Assembly (NCBI GenBank): GCA_050331235.1
Contig: JBHJHA010000019.1
Coordinates: 1 to 64,000, forward strand
Direction: 5' to 3'
Source of the DNA: Leptolyngbyaceae cyanobacterium
GTDB lineage: Bacteria; Cyanobacteriota; Cyanobacteriia; Phormidesmidales; Phormidesmidaceae
DNA: 64,000 bases
Position 1 is the first letter of the stretch; every line of letters starts with the position of its first letter. Positions 62,198 through 64,000 of this stretch are shown here, in pieces. Below the pieces are notes generated by a model. The model saw only the letters and a program-made list of their open reading frames with translations. It was not told the origin of the DNA and made no database searches. Both the position numbers and the translations under genes were made by a program.

Positions 62198-62930
62198 AGG
62201 GATTTTTAGGTTCTGGCACTATTAAGACTTCATCGGGCTGAATCACCAGGCGACGCTGACCCTCTAAGGTTTCAGTTAGCATGTTGCCCTGCACCGAAAT
62301 CCAGCTATCCGGCTCAAACTCCGTGCGATCACCCGCTAGCTTGACCGGGAGCCCCACAGGATAAGCATCGGCCGCACAGCAGGTCAACACAAACCGAGCC
62401 ACCATTAAGTACTCCTCTGACCACTCCGGCGGGTGAATTACAAACCCAGTGACCGCAACTGGATCATCCGTGTAGGCATCCGGCTCAGGATATACGTTGA
62501 GCGTACGGATCCATTCAACCAGGGTTCGCTCAACCGGCGGCGTGTTGCGTACAAATCGCTGGGGCTGGGCCCGAGTCACCCCCACCGGATCAGCAATGCC
62601 CCGCGCCAAAGCCGCTTCACTCGAAAACGGTCGGGGGACATAGATCAACCCAAAAACGGCGATCGCCAACAATATCAGCAAGCTCCATTGACGGGGCACC
62701 AGAGTAATGTGAGGCGTCGAGACCGTTGGTTGCGATCGCCACAGCGCGGTAACGCGCCACAGAGCCATCGCCACGAGACACCAGCCCGCGCCAATGGCTA
62801 ACCAGTGATAGTCAGGATGCAGGAGCACAGCCAACCGCCCCGTCCACCAGTAACGCAACAGCATCAGGCCCCATAGCAACATGGCCAGCGCGTCCCCAAA
62901 GATGGGCCAAGAGAAGATCCGGTTCGTCAC
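62187..62930 (-). CDS. TIGR03943/YcgQ-like putative permease subunit
   Basis: LLHPDY, VTGFV, ARFVLTCCAADAYPVGL, DSWISVQG, EPKNPY; GTG at 62930. Confidence 0.85.
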   Translation of the reverse strand: MTNRIFSWPIFGDALAMLLWGLMLLRYWWTGRLAVLLHPDYHWLAIGAGWCLVAMALWRVTALWRSQPTVSTPHITLVPRQWSLLILLAIAVFGLIYVPRPFSSEAALARGIADPVGVTRAQPQRFVRNTPPVERTLVEWIRTLNVYPEPDAYTDDPVAVTGFVIHPPEWSEEYLMVARFVLTCCAADAYPVGLPVKLAGDRTEFEPDSWISVQGNMLTETLEGQRRLVIQPDEVLIVPEPKNPYEF

Positions 62931-62940
62931 AGGTTTCAAC

Positions 62941-63954
62941 TCACCAACTCGTGTAGAGATTGACAACCAAGGTAAATACAAACGTGAGCTGAGCAGCCAA
63001 GACAAACAGATATACCACGGCTCGACTCTTGAACGTCGTCAGCAACAGGGAAATATTTTTGAGATCAATCATGGGACCAAACACCAAGAAGGCCAAGATC
63101 GAGCCACTGGTAAACGTGGAAGAAAATGACAGAGCAAAAAAGGAGTCAACCGTCGAACAAATGGAAACTATCCACGCCAGCAACATCATCGCCAGGATAG
63201 AGGTGATGGGACCTTGCCCCAAAGCCAGAATCCAATCTCGGGGGATGGCCACCTGCACCGTCGCCGCGATCGCGCTGCCCACAACGAGCACCGCACCCAA
63301 CTCCCGAAATTCCTGCAGCATCATTTCTAAGATGGCCTGGACTTTAATTGGCCAAGCCCCTTTAGCAAGCGCCGCCGCTTCGGCAACCACTGGCGGCTGA
63401 TCCAGCTTCATCGCACCAGTTGAACTGAGCAGATAGGTACCGCGACTCAACAAAGTCGCCTCAGAACCGATTAACATCGGTTGCGGTGCCGGTGCCACCA
63501 AATACCGGGCAACCGCCGGTTTGAGAAACGGCCGCAAATCTTTTTGCACGCTAAAGACACAGGCAATGATGACGGATATCAAGATGGTCAGACCCACCCG
63601 CCAAAACACCATGGCTGGCTGGTCACGAAAAGCAACCCACGTTGCCCAAAACACGATGGGATTGACCGTCGGTGCAGCCAGTAAAAAACCAATGGCCAAG
63701 GCCGACGGCGCACCTTGCATCAGCAACCGCCGCGCCACGGGCACATTGCCGCATTCACAGACTGGAAACAAACAACCAAACAAACTGCCTGAAATGGCGG
63801 CCAGTACCGGCTGCTTGGGTGTCAAGGCAATCAATTTACGCTCGTCGACCAAAACCGCCAACAGACTAGAAAAAGCTACCCCCAACAGCAAAAAGGGCGT
63901 CGCCTCGACTAGCAAACTGAGGAAGAGTGTTAGACCTTGGTTTAGTTGAGACAT
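62941..63954 (-). CDS. DUF318/YcgR-like (UPF0718) permease
   Basis: LVEATPFLLLG, FPVCECGNVPVARRL, LAAPTVNP, SICSTVDSF, FLVFGPMIDLK. Confidence 0.9.
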   Translation of the reverse strand: MSQLNQGLTLFLSLLVEATPFLLLGVAFSSLLAVLVDERKLIALTPKQPVLAAISGSLFGCLFPVCECGNVPVARRLLMQGAPSALAIGFLLAAPTVNPIVFWATWVAFRDQPAMVFWRVGLTILISVIIACVFSVQKDLRPFLKPAVARYLVAPAPQPMLIGSEATLLSRGTYLLSSTGAMKLDQPPVVAEAAALAKGAWPIKVQAILEMMLQEFRELGAVLVVGSAIAATVQVAIPRDWILALGQGPITSILAMMLLAWIVSICSTVDSFFALSFSSTFTSGSILAFLVFGPMIDLKNISLLLTTFKSRAVVYLFVLAAQLTFVFTLVVNLYTSW

Positions 63955-64000
63955 CCCTGCCTACCCACTGTCGGATGCGGTCATCGCCTACTCGCCCATC

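Overview
This is a gene-dense cyanobacterial chromosome segment. The evidence is dense HIP1 GCGATCGC octamers, PSRP-3, FurA, SmtA/SmtB, a helical carotenoid protein and homogentisate phytyltransferase. A filamentous Leptolyngbya/Halomicronema-like lineage is my inference only. The left part holds a pilG-H-I-J-L (Hmp/Tax3-type) chemotaxis-like operon whose CheA has a ~1000-aa acidic linker, a haemagglutinin-N/CHAT protein, a damaged IS630 element, atpDC and ppk1. An accessory three-gene block follows: a lysine-rich SLH surface protein, a PhyH-dioxygenase/APH-kinase fusion and a divergent SAM methyltransferase. The middle holds metH, fabD-plsC, hpt, a REC-GGDEF-EAL protein, an FeS-type photolyase and a RecD-like helicase. 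The right end is a metal-homeostasis neighbourhood (smtB/smtA, exbD, furA, a permease trio) with dnaG and an HCP gene. The most notable items are the SLH/dioxygenase-kinase/methyltransferase block (a speculative surface-modification system), a MITE sharing its end with the local IS630, an smtA missed by the ORF track, an out-of-frame RBS/uORF at smtB, a DnaA-box cluster and several single-base frameshifts that may be assembly errors. I recognised no rRNA, tRNA or CRISPR array. All calls come from motif recognition, with no database searches.
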